In this document: piece after piece, positions 11,535-23,664 of the stretch
How the letters are laid out: each line of letters opens with the position of its first letter
How positions within the stretch are numbered: position 1 is the stretch's first letter
Assembly: GCA_020891255.1 (NCBI GenBank)
Contig: BQFW01000006.1
Coordinates: 1,364,001-1,428,000, forward strand
Length of the DNA: 64,000 nt
Direction: 5' to 3'
Source of the DNA: Entomortierella parvispora E1425
Lineage: Eukaryota > Fungi > Mortierellomycota
The notes under the pieces: model-generated
The model's database searches: none
Told to the model about the DNA's origin: nothing
The model's input: only the letters and a program-made list of their open reading frames with translations
Translations under genes and position numbers: made by a program

Positions 11535-12806
11535 TCACAGTTGCAGAGCGCCACCGGTGACGAGCTCAAAGACGGGATGATTCACGCCAAGCGCAAACCT
11601 GAGAGAGGCCCTGCTATAGTAGTCGGGAGTGATGTTCTCAATGTTGTCAATGATGGTGTCCAACAGATGAGATTGACCCACAGCGCTGCCTGAAACTTGG
11701 GCCGAGATGTGCGTGATGTGGACGTGAAAGTGATCTAGAGGAAAAAAAAGCGCGCGAGTGACGCGCTTGGGTTGTTAGCCTGGCGTGCATACAAGCGGAG
11801 CTGTGAGATGACCAAGCAGGGACTTACAGTAGCTTGGATGGTAGTGCACATACATCCGCACTTGGTCAGAGGCAACTCCTGGGAATCGCTCGGGGATTAA
11901 GGCGAGGGCTTTGTCTCGGATATTCTTCAACATGGGCAAGTGCTTTGTTGTCAAATCCCGCAGCGATCGAACATCATCCCGTTGTGAGATCGCCAAGAGG
12001 TAAAGAGACGAAAGCGTCCGCCTGTCCCATTTGCTATTCAAACAAAGAGATTGTTAGCACACCAGATGTAGTCCGTTGACGGGACAGGTGAGGCCACTTT
12101 CGTACCTATCAGGAAGAACGATGAATCCAGTGTCTGGATCATCATCTCGAAAGAGGACATTCTCTTGCTCTTTGATGCCCTGGAGGATGTTGTGCACCCA
12201 CATGAGCCTGCTCTTTGGTTGACTCTCGATCCAAGGAAGCACCGCGTTCTTGTAGATCTCGGCCGTCTCAGTAATCATCCTGCGCTCTTGACGCGAGTAC
12301 TTGGTGATATGCTTTGGAGGTAGGTGTAGAGCCGTGAGCCGATAGAAATAGGGGCAAGGAAATAAGTGGTCTGGTTAGCACTCCTCTCGCAAACAGGATT
12401 ATTGTTCAGAGCCTTTCAAGCTGATCTGCTCCTCCAGGGGGTTAAGTCATCTTTGCTCTTTGGGCTTTTGGGTATTTACCGCTTCGGTGGCGGGAAAAAT
12501 GACCGTCATCTTGAGGTCTGGGTCTTGGGCCAGGCCACTGGAAAGGATCGCGTTCCACCAGAAGTAGACGTCGTTGCAACCTGTGCTGAGTAGTTCTGCC
12601 ATGCGGTGCGTGATATCGCTCGTCGCCGACTGGATTGCGAAATGGGTCTTTTCGATGAGCAGGATGGCGTCCTGACGGTCATTGCTGGCAAGGTTTGGAT
12701 CAACCGTCATGTCCGCGGTAGGAAGGGTGCCGAGGATGTTGATTGTCTTGAGCACCGGATCCTCATTCAGGACACGAGTGAAGATGAAGTTTGACAAGGA
12801 ATGCAT
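11535..12806 (-). CDS. DCS1: m7GpppX diphosphatase (scavenger mRNA decapping enzyme, HIT family)
   Basis: Exons 12806-12480, 12311-12106, 12033-11828 and 11734-11535. HIT motif HYHPSYYHFHVHITH; also ETAEIY, WVHNILQGIKEQE, PDSKWD and RSLRDL. Confidence 0.95.
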
Positions 12807-13032
12807 TGGTGAAGGGAGAGGCATGGAGAGACGAAGGGGTTGAATCCACACACACAGTGACAAAGGAAGAAAGGATTTCTTTTACGTGGTGCGATGCGAT
12901 GGCGAAGCAGCTCCCTCTGTATGCGAAATTGGTGGCAATCCAAGAACCTTCAGATGACGAGTCCCGAGTACGACAAGGGTATGGTGACTGTCAGTGCCAG
13001 GACCAAAGATACACACTGGCATCCTTGACCAT

Positions 13033-13033
<1 letters not shown>

Positions 13034-13075
<42 letters not shown>
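13034..13075. repeat. (CT)21 microsatellite in the divergent promoter between DCS1 and the WD40 gene
   Basis: Perfect CT run seen directly. Confidence 0.95.
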
Positions 13076-13080
<5 letters not shown>

Positions 13081-13506
13081 GGTTGTGCAGTGCTTCAGTG
13101 CTTTTGTACACCACTCCTGGGAGCATGCAGGACAATTCTGGCGGCAACGCCCTTCGTATCCGACACGCAAAACCGATGGAAAGGCCCCGCCTGGTTACCA
13201 CAACAAGCCACTTCGAAAATAGGCATGAAAGAAAAAAAAAAAAAACACTTGCCTCTCTCTCTCTTCATTCACCACATACCATCCATCCACCTTCCTTCGT
13301 CTCGTTGTCCCCATTCTGATCCATCTTCCATTACGCGCAGAAATCTCTTGTCTGCATCCCTTCCCTGCAACAACCAGACAAGACACAAGGCCTGGCATCA
13401 GCAGTTCTTCAAGGCGAACCGCTGCATCTAAAGCGCTGTATTTGGTGGCAAACTTATTCAGTTGAACGGCATTCCCAGCAACATCTTTGCTGCCTCCATC
13501 ACTGGT

Positions 13507-16380
13507 ATGGACCGTTCAGAGCTTCTCCCCAAAGACTCCTTATCCCGCTCTATCTTTCAGCGCGGGCCGTTCAAGAAGACTCCTCAGCAATCTGCAACCT
13601 CTTTGACCCCGGCGGCAGCTTCTTCCCTCGGACGAGGCCGGCCAATTGAGGTTCCAGCAGTTCCAGTCACCGACCTCTTTCCTGCTGTCACTCCTAAGCA
13701 AGAACCGATTGATCACACCATCCAGGTCCTCGACTCTGGCAGGGCTCCTGTCAATTATAATCCCACATCTTCAAACTCGCAAGTTGCAGTCACTGCCTTG
13801 GTGCCTCGGCCACAAACTTCTGTTGACCAAGTCAATCGCCCACTGATCGCCGACAGCCGCCCTATTCGGCATCGGTCACCCGACCCAATGTACCAAGGTC
13901 GAGGATCCAACCAAGATCAGGGAGGATCAAAAAGCAGTTACGAGCTTCAGCCATACGGAAACCGACCTGACGGGGAAGCATGGAGGGATTACCGAGACTC
14001 ACAAAGTAACGGCAATTACAGAGGTCACCATAGCCGAGGATCGTCTGACTATCATCAAGGACATAGCAGAGACGGAGGGCGCCCGTATTATTCTCGACAA
14101 GACTCTGGCTCATATCGTTCGCAACAATCTGGAGGCTATGGCCGTGGTCGACGTCCCTCTCCTAGACGAGATTCACGCGAAAGACGATATGGGTCTCCAG
14201 AGTCAGCAGGCATGCAAGAATCCAACAAAAGAAGACTTTCCAACTCTCCACAACCATGGGGCGCAAGATCAGATCCATCAGATGATAAGAGGCCACGGTA
14301 TCGGGGATCTTCTCCTCGTCCCAGGACCCCTCCTGACATTGACATGGATCACTTTGGCGGCTATACATCGGCTTCGAATCACCTCTCCAAAGCAGAGATA
14401 TCGTCCCCAACAAAGGCCATGCAGAAACTGGATTTGAAAACCACAAGGTCAAGATCAAAATCGCGCAAAGACAAACGAAGACGTGCAGTAAAGGACTCGG
14501 ATGACTCTTCATCAGCATCTTCATCTTCTGGTTCTGAGTCTGAATCCGAGGACTCTGAACAGGAGCGGCAGAAACTCTCAGGCGCAACGCCATTGAAGAT
14601 TCACGGTGTGATCCACGACCTCTTGTTAGATGTATGTATTTTGATTGTTGAGCGGAATTGAACTGCTACACAGTGAACTGACTTGTTTGGTATTACAATA
14701 GCTTCAAAAAGCCAGATCCAAACACGCCAAACTTAGCGAGAAGCAAAGGGCTTGTTCAAAGAGGATTGGTGACATCAGCAGGAAACTGGAGCGACGATTC
14801 CGGGATCTTAGCGAAGCAACTCTGACCGACAATACACCCAGTGCTCGACCTACATTGATGTCGATGTCGAGCATGGAGAAGGTGCCTAGTAGAGCTGCTG
14901 TGGTCCCTTCGACAAAGCCAATCCAACAAATGGCCATGCCTGTAACAACTGTGTCAGCTTCACGGCCGCAACCATCCCAGAGAACAATGTCACAAAACGG
15001 TCGTATACCAATCGCAAAGTCGAACCTTGTTGCGACCTTGACCAACATTCACTCCGATGTCAGGTCTAAGGCTTTTGGACGTAAGCCTCGATCCATGATC
15101 CATCATGTCCCATTGGCCGGTTCAGATCTCACTGACATTATGGTGACCAGCTCTCTTGACGGGTAAGCCTTTATTATTTTCTATCTGTAAAAGTCTATTG
15201 GCAAGACGTAGATGGTTGACACTTCCTTCCGACCATTGTTTTTGTAGAACTATCAATTTTTGGGATCTTGAGACTCGACGCTCTGTTAGCTCAATCTCCA
15301 AGGAAGCCATGAACCAGCCATGGCCCGAGGACATGTGCTGGGTCGGTCGAAATGTTTTGGCTGTGGCTAGCGCTACAAAAGAGGGCGTGCCTATGAATCA
15401 CCAATTGACATTGGTTGACGTTCAAGTAAAGAACAAGACAGGCGGGTCCTCGGTCTCCTGGAATCTTCAAACGTTGGATCAAATGCCACACGACAAAGGC
15501 GGAATCGGATGCATGGCAGCTCTAAACGAAGATGCAGGCGGGATAAATTTGGTCACTGCGGCCTTGGACAAGCAGATCGTAAGTATCGATCATTTAATTT
15601 CATTGATGTGTCACTAAAACCCACACTGACGTTCATTTTTTTTTTATAATAGATACACTGGAAGTTCCTTCCTCGAAATTCAGAGAATGAATTTGTGCCT
15701 ATCCATCAAAAAGCTGTCCACAGCAAGCATACCAGCACGATTCAATCGCTCTGTTTCGAGCCCCAAAGGAACATTTTGTTCTCTGGAGGTGCGGACAGCA
15801 GGCTAATTGCTTACGACATGGGGCGTGCTGATGTCGTTTCCGAGTACAAAAACCAAGAGCGAGGTCGTATCAACTATATTACCATTAATCCTAGGGATCC
15901 TAACTTGCTGTTGATCAGCCATGCGACAACAAGCAATCAGCTCTCTATCCATGATTATCGTCTGAAGCTGGATCATCCCGTTTTGCGATTTGGTTTTGAG
16001 AGCGCCGATAACCTCAGTAGACAGGTAGTGCCATCGTGGCACCCTGAAGGAGCTTTGGTTAGTAGCGGAATGCAGGCCGAGACAAAGATCAATATTTGGG
16101 ATGTGCGTTGGGTGGATGTTCAGCGTGGGCGAAGCCAGTCCATTGATCTCCCTGTATCCAAGCGTGTTTTCAAGGCGGCGTTCCACCCCAGGAGATCGCT
16201 CATGACGTCCATCAGCGCGGATTCATGTCTGTCTTTCACGTAAGTTTCTTTTTTCTTGGTTCTGTACATGCAATCTTCCTGGGCAACATCTTTTTTTAAG
16301 ATGCTAACTCTATTCTCTTTGTTACTGCTGCTGTCCATAGTGATTTCCAACTGAACAACGACCAAGTGGTTAATCGGTAG
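13507..16380 (+). CDS. WD40-repeat protein with long disordered Arg/Ser-rich N-terminus
   Basis: Exons about 13507-14631, 14702-15162, 15248-15577, 15652-16239 and 16341-16380. WD-like repeats LFSGGADSRLIAYD, KINIWDVR and INFWDLETRR. RS-rich segment RRPSPRRDSRERR. Confidence 0.8.
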
Positions 16381-16964
16381 AAACCATCCTACAATCTACC
16401 ATACAAATAAAAGCATTTGCCGTCAGTTCTTGGAGCCCTTGACACGCAGAGTCGGTTCTCGATCTTGAAAGAGATTGACCCAAAGATAATCAATTTCGTG
16501 TGAAGTTCCTTGCCTCGGAAGGAAGGCAAGGCCAGGTCGTCTTATCAGTCTCACCTGCACTCCACTCAAGGTTGCTGGGCCCCAATCCTGGATCGGCGGC
16601 GCGTGTGACAGTGACCTGAAATGTGCCCCTTAAGCAGAAGAGCAATGTGTGGGGAAAGGGCGTTTTCTGTTTAGAGCCATGCAGTCTGCTGTCCCGTCGA
16701 AAGACTTTCCTTTCTTTGTCCCTCTTGTCTCTCTCCCCCCTTTTTTTCCTCTCAATCACATCCATTCCCTGCCTCGTCTCCATCCTGCCATCCCATTCTG
16801 CTCACTGCTCGGATTCGATTGACTGATCTCTCTTTCCCTCCTTCCGCTCAATTACCCCCTCCTTACTTTTCAGCAAACATTTCCTTTGCCCTTTCCATTG
16901 GCGACTCCTCCCATTTGCACAACATCATCCGTGTCCTCGCCCCCTTCTCCCCTCAATCCAACAG

Positions 16965-17051
16965 GTAAATTGTCCGACGGCTTGTTTTTTTTATTTGATT
17001 TTTCAGTTTCTTTTTTTTTTTTCCTGCGCCTACCAAACCCTCACCTTGCAG
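16965..17051 (+). other. Probable spliceosomal intron in an apparently non-coding or sORF transcript
   Basis: caacag|gtaaat donor, long pyrimidine tract and ccttgcag acceptor, 87 nt. No long ORF spans it. Confidence 0.5.
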
Positions 17052-18276
17052 GCAAACACCCTGCAGACAGACACGCTCTCTTGTATTTTCACACCCTACT
17101 ATCCACCCACCCACACTCTTTCAAGAACACAGCACTCTTGTACTTTCACACGCACGTCTTTTTGGTTGCTCATCTCGTGATGTCATTGATTCTTCCAAAG
17201 TCACCCCCCTCCCCCACACCCCCTGGTCGAGACATGCCATGATTGCAACAGACACATGGAACACAACAGTGACAACAACGACAGCTCAATTTGCTTTTGT
17301 TCTTCTGCACCTTTTGTTCTTCTACACGCCCTTGTTCTTTTTGTGTTCCCTCCTTCCCCTTCTACCAAGCACACAGTCTTTTTTTTTGCTTTGGGCAACA
17401 GACCACGTTTTGAGATTATTTGACACCAAGGGTGCGCGTACAAAAAAACAACGAAAAGGGATAGGACAATTTTTTTTCTTTCCCTCCGATGTTGTATCTC
17501 CCCTTTGTGCGATACTCATGTCATCAACACGCTCACTTGCAGGTGCATTTTGCTTCTTTTTGATCTCCTTTTTTTTCTTCTTTTCATCTGCCTGTTTTTC
17601 ACAACATTTTTTTCTTCTTTTTGAGTGAGTTGAATGATTTGACTTTGAGAGACAGGGAGGATCATGTAGGGGTTGCAAGGGGTCATGGAAAGACAAGCCG
17701 TAAGGCAGGACGGTGGAGTGGGGTGTGTCTGAATTCGTGCGAGTGAGTGAGAACCATGTTTCTTGTGTAGGCCAATCATCCAGTGAGGTCGGGCAGGGGT
17801 CATTCTACCAAAAAAGAGTGAAAAGAAACAAAGAAATCAAAAAAATATCCCTCCCCCAAGAAGGGAAAGGTGGAAAGTGAGAGCACAGTCGAGGGCGAGT
17901 GAAGTTGCTGAGCGAGGGAACGTCCGTCTGCACAGAGGACAGAAAGGAAAAGAGGGGAGGGAGGGGCGGAAGCAAAATGAGCAGAGCAGAGGCAGAGTTA
18001 GAAAAACATGGTTCTTTTTTGTGGTATCTCTCAATTTTGCTATTGTTGTTGTTTGTTGTGGTTGGGCATCGTGCCATATGTACGTCGACCCAACAACACC
18101 GCATGTACCCATCCGGGGATACATTCCATGTCTTCTTTCACTAGCGAATGGATCTACATCTCAGCAATTCCCCTCCCCAGGAAGAGTCAGTGAGAGACAG
18201 AGAGAGAAGAGAGAGAAAAAAGACAAGCGACTGCGTCGTTGACTCTGTACGCCATCAATGTCTGCTCCTTACCCTG

Positions 18277-18307
<31 letters not shown>

Positions 18308-18612
18308 TTTTGTATCTCTGACTGCGTATGAGAGGATGGGCGCATGCCGTGCCTTCTTGTCAGCCTACTCAGCAACAGCAACAGCAACAGCAACAGCAAA
18401 CGGCGACGACTGACGACGAGGGGCTTCGTTCTGCTTGTCGGCGATTGACAAGGCGGCTGAAACCCAAAAGGGCGGCCCTTTTGTCGCTTTTCGCTCGCCA
18501 GACTGGCTGACAGGGTGGGTGGACAGAACAGGCAGAAAGAGAAGAGAGAGACCCAGGCTGGCACACTGCAACACTGGCACACGGCACACGGCACACTGGC
18601 ACACGGCACACT
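18277..18612. repeat. Microsatellite cluster upstream of the GATA factor: (GT)12, (CAGCAA)5 and ggcaca(ctg) repeats
   Basis: GT run at 18277-18300, CAGCAA run at about 18370-18399, repeated acggcaca/ctggcaca at about 18557-18612. Confidence 0.85.
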
Positions 18613-18908
18613 GCGCTTCCCTACTTGCTCCGCTCCCCTTCTTCCTGATCATTCTCTCTTTCTCACTCTCTCTTTTCACTCATCGCTCATCTCTGTCCTT
18701 TCATACAACCTCCACTTTTCTTACTCACGCTCTCTTTTTTCTCTTCTTGCATCACGTTGCTCAGACTCTTGCTTTGCTCGGCATCGACCTTCGCAGACCA
18801 TCTCGCCTTTGCAGTCTCGTTCTCCTTCCTTAATCTGCGAGTCGACCTCCTTTGCCCAACCCTTCTGCCAGAGAGAGAGACCCTGTCGAGGACAACGAGC
18901 ACCCCGCC

Positions 18909-21900
18909 ATGAACCATCAATCACCCCATTATCCCTCTTCGCCCGCATACGATCGTGCTTCACCCACCCCTTCCTCGCCGTCCTCGCCAGCACCCTCGCA
19001 TGATGGAAGCTATAGATCCAGCTCAAAGAGTAAAAAGTCTGCGCCGGCACAGCAACGCCTACCTGAATCCCTTCTCTCCTCCACTATCGACTTTCCTAAA
19101 CCAAAGCCAAGGAGGAAGCAGCCATCCGAAGTAGGTTCACCTGGCCCCATGGCAGGAGCAGACTATGCCAACCCCCACCCCGCAGAGGACGTTTCGACCG
19201 AGGAGGGGTCCGAGGAGGATGAGGCTTCCAAACAGGCCAAGGAGGACCCATTGGCAGCCCAAGTGTGGCGATTGTATACAAAGGCCAAGGATTCGCTTCC
19301 GAACGGAAAGCGTCTAGAAAACTTGACTTGGCGTATGATGGCCATGACCCTTCACAAGAAAAACAAGGAGAAAGAAGACAAGGAACGGAGCGAAAATGCC
19401 ATGGACCTTGAGCGAACTGTTCCTGCTGGTCAGCCAAGGTATGTCCAGACCAGATGTCTTCGTGTTTTTTTTTACCGCTTCCATGTGGTTACAGTTTGCG
19501 TGCACTTGATACCCTCGTTCTCATCACAGTCATTCATTGTTTTTTTCACTTTGATCTCTCAGTTATCTGGACACAGTCAGCGCTAAACCCATGCCGAGTA
19601 TGAGTATCACCATCCCACCGCCCAATCACCACACCGCCACTAATGGCTCAGGGATGTTTGATGCTACCATGGAGTCAGACTCGGACGACGACCAGGATAC
19701 TCAATCAAACGCATCCTCTGTTGCGTCTTCTCCAAGAGAGATGCGCTTCAGCGGCATTCCTACCATGACGCCAATCAAGAGCCCCCCAACCTCGCAGAGC
19801 AGCAACAACAGCTTTAAATTCACTTCCGCCTCCTCTGTGTCACCCTCCTCACGCCAAAAGAAGCCCAGCAGTTTTAGCAACAACAATGGTAGCAATGGCT
19901 TTGGCGGCAACAACCAGCTCTTCCAGAACAATACCTCTCAGCATGGTTTTCAGAGTCCAGCCAAGAGTCCTACAGCTTCGTTCCTGAATGGAGTGACGCC
20001 CTCGCCTACTGGGTCCATTTCAATAGACTTTGTGGGACAGGGTTCTTTTGGCTCCACTGGCAGTTCGGGTAGTGGTCAGCGACCATCGCTCTCCCGCAGC
20101 TCTACTGGCAGTAAATCTGGGCAGTCCTCCAGTTCACGCCAGAATCACAGACTCTCTAGTTATCAGGGCAAGGTAATGATTTTGACCGCTTGATCGTAGA
20201 GTGGGATGGGCGTTCATGGTGGCTCCTTCAACATATTGGATGATGGTGTTGTACTCTGATTTTAACCACATATATTTTTTCACCCGCGAATTTCTAGGCG
20301 GCCTTGTCTTCTGGGGAGAAGCCACCTCAGGGGCAGTCAACAAAACAGTCGAATCTGCAGTCTGCGGCAACAGGCAACTTCCGTGAGCCAATGTCGAATC
20401 CTTATCTGGGTAGTATCAACATTCCTCATGATGCATCTTCTGGCGACTCGGACATTGAAAACTCTCGGCCATCTTCACCCTCCACCATCTTCCCTGGCGG
20501 TCGGGCGGCTTCAAAGGGCAGAGATGACATTGTCTCTGTGAAACAGGAATCACCGACGCAAAAGAAACTTCAGCCCCCAACCTCTGGCGGTGCAACGCTA
20601 TCATTCGGTGTCAAGAGTGAAAACGTACCCGATTTTTCGAATGGCTTGCTGAGCGACAATTCAATGTCATCACCAAGTCAACAAATGTACTATCCTGACT
20701 ACCTACTCGCAGCAGCAGCAGCAGCCCAACAGCAACAGCAGCAACAACAGCAGCAATTGCTCCAGCAGCAGCTTCAGCTGCAGCAGATGCAACAAAGCGG
20801 CAACGGTTTTGGTGAATTGAGTTATGGCGATATCCTCTCCATGATCAACTACAACAACGGATTGGATGGAATCCCTGGGTTCATTCCCGATCAAGATGTG
20901 ATGGGCACTCAGTTCTTCAACTCGTCTAATGATTTGCCCGTTTCGTCTGTCGGATCATCCTCCGGCTTTATCAACCCAGCACAGCTCCTCCCATTTACGA
21001 GTCAAGCAGGATCATTTTATGGCAACAACAACAGTGGCAGCGGAAACAGTAGCAGTGTAGCTGGGATGAACTCGTCGCAGCAGACTTCAACGGAATCAGT
21101 GACGGATGAAGTTGACATGGAGACTGAAGAGTCAGAAGCGCCTGCGGCGGCCCCTCAACGGCCTGCTAGTAGCAGTCAACCAGAGACGAAAAAGACGCCA
21201 CCAACATCAACTGGATCGACATCGGTTATTCCTGGAAAACGCCCTCGGGGTCATGCTCGCACTACGGCAGAAAGCAAAGCAGACGCAGCCGCCTCTAGTA
21301 AGTCGACTTCGGACGATTCTGCTGATACCTCGGCCAATTCTGTGATGCAACACCCCAACTCGTCGGAGTCGTCCCTTTCCAACTCTGGCGCCGAAAGCAA
21401 CACCGCAGCGCCAATGATACCCACTAAATGCACCAACTGTAACACTCAGACGACTCCGCTGTGGCGCCGTAACCCTGAGGGTCTTCCACTCTGCAATGCT
21501 TGCGGTTTGTTTTTGAAACTCCACGGAGTAGTTCGACCTCTTAGTCTAAAGACGGATGTGATCAAGAAGCGTAACCGAAATGGTCAGAATTCTAACGGAC
21601 AAAATGCGAATGCTGATCAAGCAGCAGAGGGATCGACCACTGACTCAAACCAGGCGTCAAAATCGACTGAGGATTTGAGCACGACCTCATCCACCACCAC
21701 TGCGACCACAAAGTCAGCAAAGGCCGCTCAGCGTCGCAAGAGCGTGGAGCTTAATTCGATGACTGGTGTTCAGGAAACCAAGGGTGGTATGTCTCTTAAT
21801 CTGCCAAAGTCTGGATCCTCGACGGCAGCGAACGCGACCTCTGCGCCAACAACACCCACCGGTGGAGCCCTCGGCAACAATGCAGAGACTGGCAGCAGCA

Positions 21901-22613
21901 GCTCTGGTGCATCCGCTCCTGTTGCTGCCCCTACCTCCACGTCGTTCCCTTCGTCCCATACGTTCCCTAAGCGACAAAGACGGTTCTCTTCGGATGCAAA
22001 AGGTGCAGCAGCAGCCGCTCAAGCTCAGTTGGCAGAATCACAGTCTTCTCGACCCTTGTCCGCCAAGCAGAAGCAACAGCAGCAAAAGCAACAGCAACTG
22101 AAACAGCAGCAGCAGACCGCCTCCTCTGGATTCCCCTCACCCCAATCCATTTTGCAACAGCAGCAACAGCAGCAGGCTGAGCAGCAACGTCTTTCGTTGC
22201 AACAGCATGAGCAAATGCAAGCTGGACTGGGATCCGTAGGCGTTGGTTTGGACCCTTCTCAATTGCAGCTGCCCTATGCGTTCACGACCCTCCCCTTGTC
22301 GCAACAGCAGCAAGGTGTGGCCACGTTGGAGCGAGCGCAGCAGTTGATGTACCAAGACATGTTGAATCGCCGTCGCCAGCAGCAACAGGAGCAACAGCAG
22401 CAACAGCAGCAGCTTCATGAACAGCAGCAACGTCAGCAGCAGCATCAACAGCAACAACAGCAGCTCCATCAGCAGCAACAGATCATGGCCTACTTGAAAC
22501 GTCAGCAGCAGATCCAGAACATGGATGCCTCGTTGACGCCACAGCAACAGCAGCAGATCCAATTGCAGATCCAACAGCAGCAGTTGTTCTTGCAGCAACA
22601 TCAACAGCAACAA

Positions 22614-22656
<43 letters not shown>

Positions 22657-23003
22657 CTGCCATCATGACCACCACCAATGGCAAGATGATGAATGCTGCT
22701 GCATTTGGATCTGCAGCGATGGCTGGACTTGGCGCTATGAGTGGACCTGGTGGTGTTGGAGGATTGACGGTTGGTGTTCAAAACCCAATGGCAATGTTCA
22801 ACGGTGACTGGTCTAACCTGGACCTGAGCACAACAGCAGCAGCGGCAGCAGCGGCAGGAGTCACATCTCCTACGGTGCCAAGTGGAGCGGGTGCGCAACT
22901 GGGGATCCCAACCGGTATGATGTCGGTTGAACAGCAGCAACAGGCCCATGCTTTGTTGTTGGCACAATACCGGGCCAAGATTGCAGGTGCTCAAAACCGA
23001 TAG
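18909..23003 (+). CDS. areA: AreA/Gat1-type GATA zinc-finger nitrogen regulator with polyQ tracts
   Basis: Exons 18909-19438, 19581-20172 and 20298-23003. DUF1752-like [34 protein letters not shown] and zinc finger [50 protein letters not shown]. Confidence 0.93.
22375..22655 (+). repeat. CAG/CAA polyglutamine-encoding repeat region
   Basis: Dense CAG/CAA runs, including about 19 consecutive Q codons near 22600-22655. Confidence 0.92.
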
Positions 23004-23313
23004 AATTGAACCATCCCCTTCTCCCCGCATCCCGCTCACCTTTTTTTTTGCTCATTCTTTTTAAAAAAAAAACCTCCTCGTGTCTAATTTGCCCTCTTGG
23101 CAGGTTTTTTTTTTCAATATATCCTTTTCTTTCCCTGTCTTTTTTTGTTTTTTTTTCTCTTGTATTTTCATTCATCCCTTCTGACCCGAATAAAACGAGA
23201 TTGTGTACAAAACAGAGAAGAGTATTTGCAAGATATGGTACATGCTCTATTGGATATAGATAAGTCTGGCGATACATGAGAGGGAAGGAAGGAGAGGGAT
23301 ATTGGAGTGACTA

Positions 23314-23631
23314 CTATTCGGAGTTGGCCTGCTGGAGCTCGAGTTGAACACGCTTCTTCTCCAGTCTCCACTTGTTCAAGGCCATGCCTCCAGTGCAGAT
23401 CATGACCAAAGAGGCGCCGAGAAAACTGAAAAGGTCTGGTTGTTCGTGCTGCACAGTGATCTGAAAGATGAAGGCAAAGACGATGTCGTTCTGACGCATC
23501 AATGTTCCGGGACCAATGGGTGCCAGTTGGAGACTAAAATAAAAAATAAAAAAAGATGCGAAGTCAATGAAAGATCCAGCGGTACTGACAACAGTGGAGA
23601 CCTCAGAGAGAGAAAGAAAAAAAAATGAATG

Positions 23632-23664
<33 letters not shown>

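Noticed and set aside
22137-23039. 300-aa poly-Leu minus-strand ORF resembling a membrane protein
   Set aside because: Reverse complement of the CAG/CAA polyQ region.
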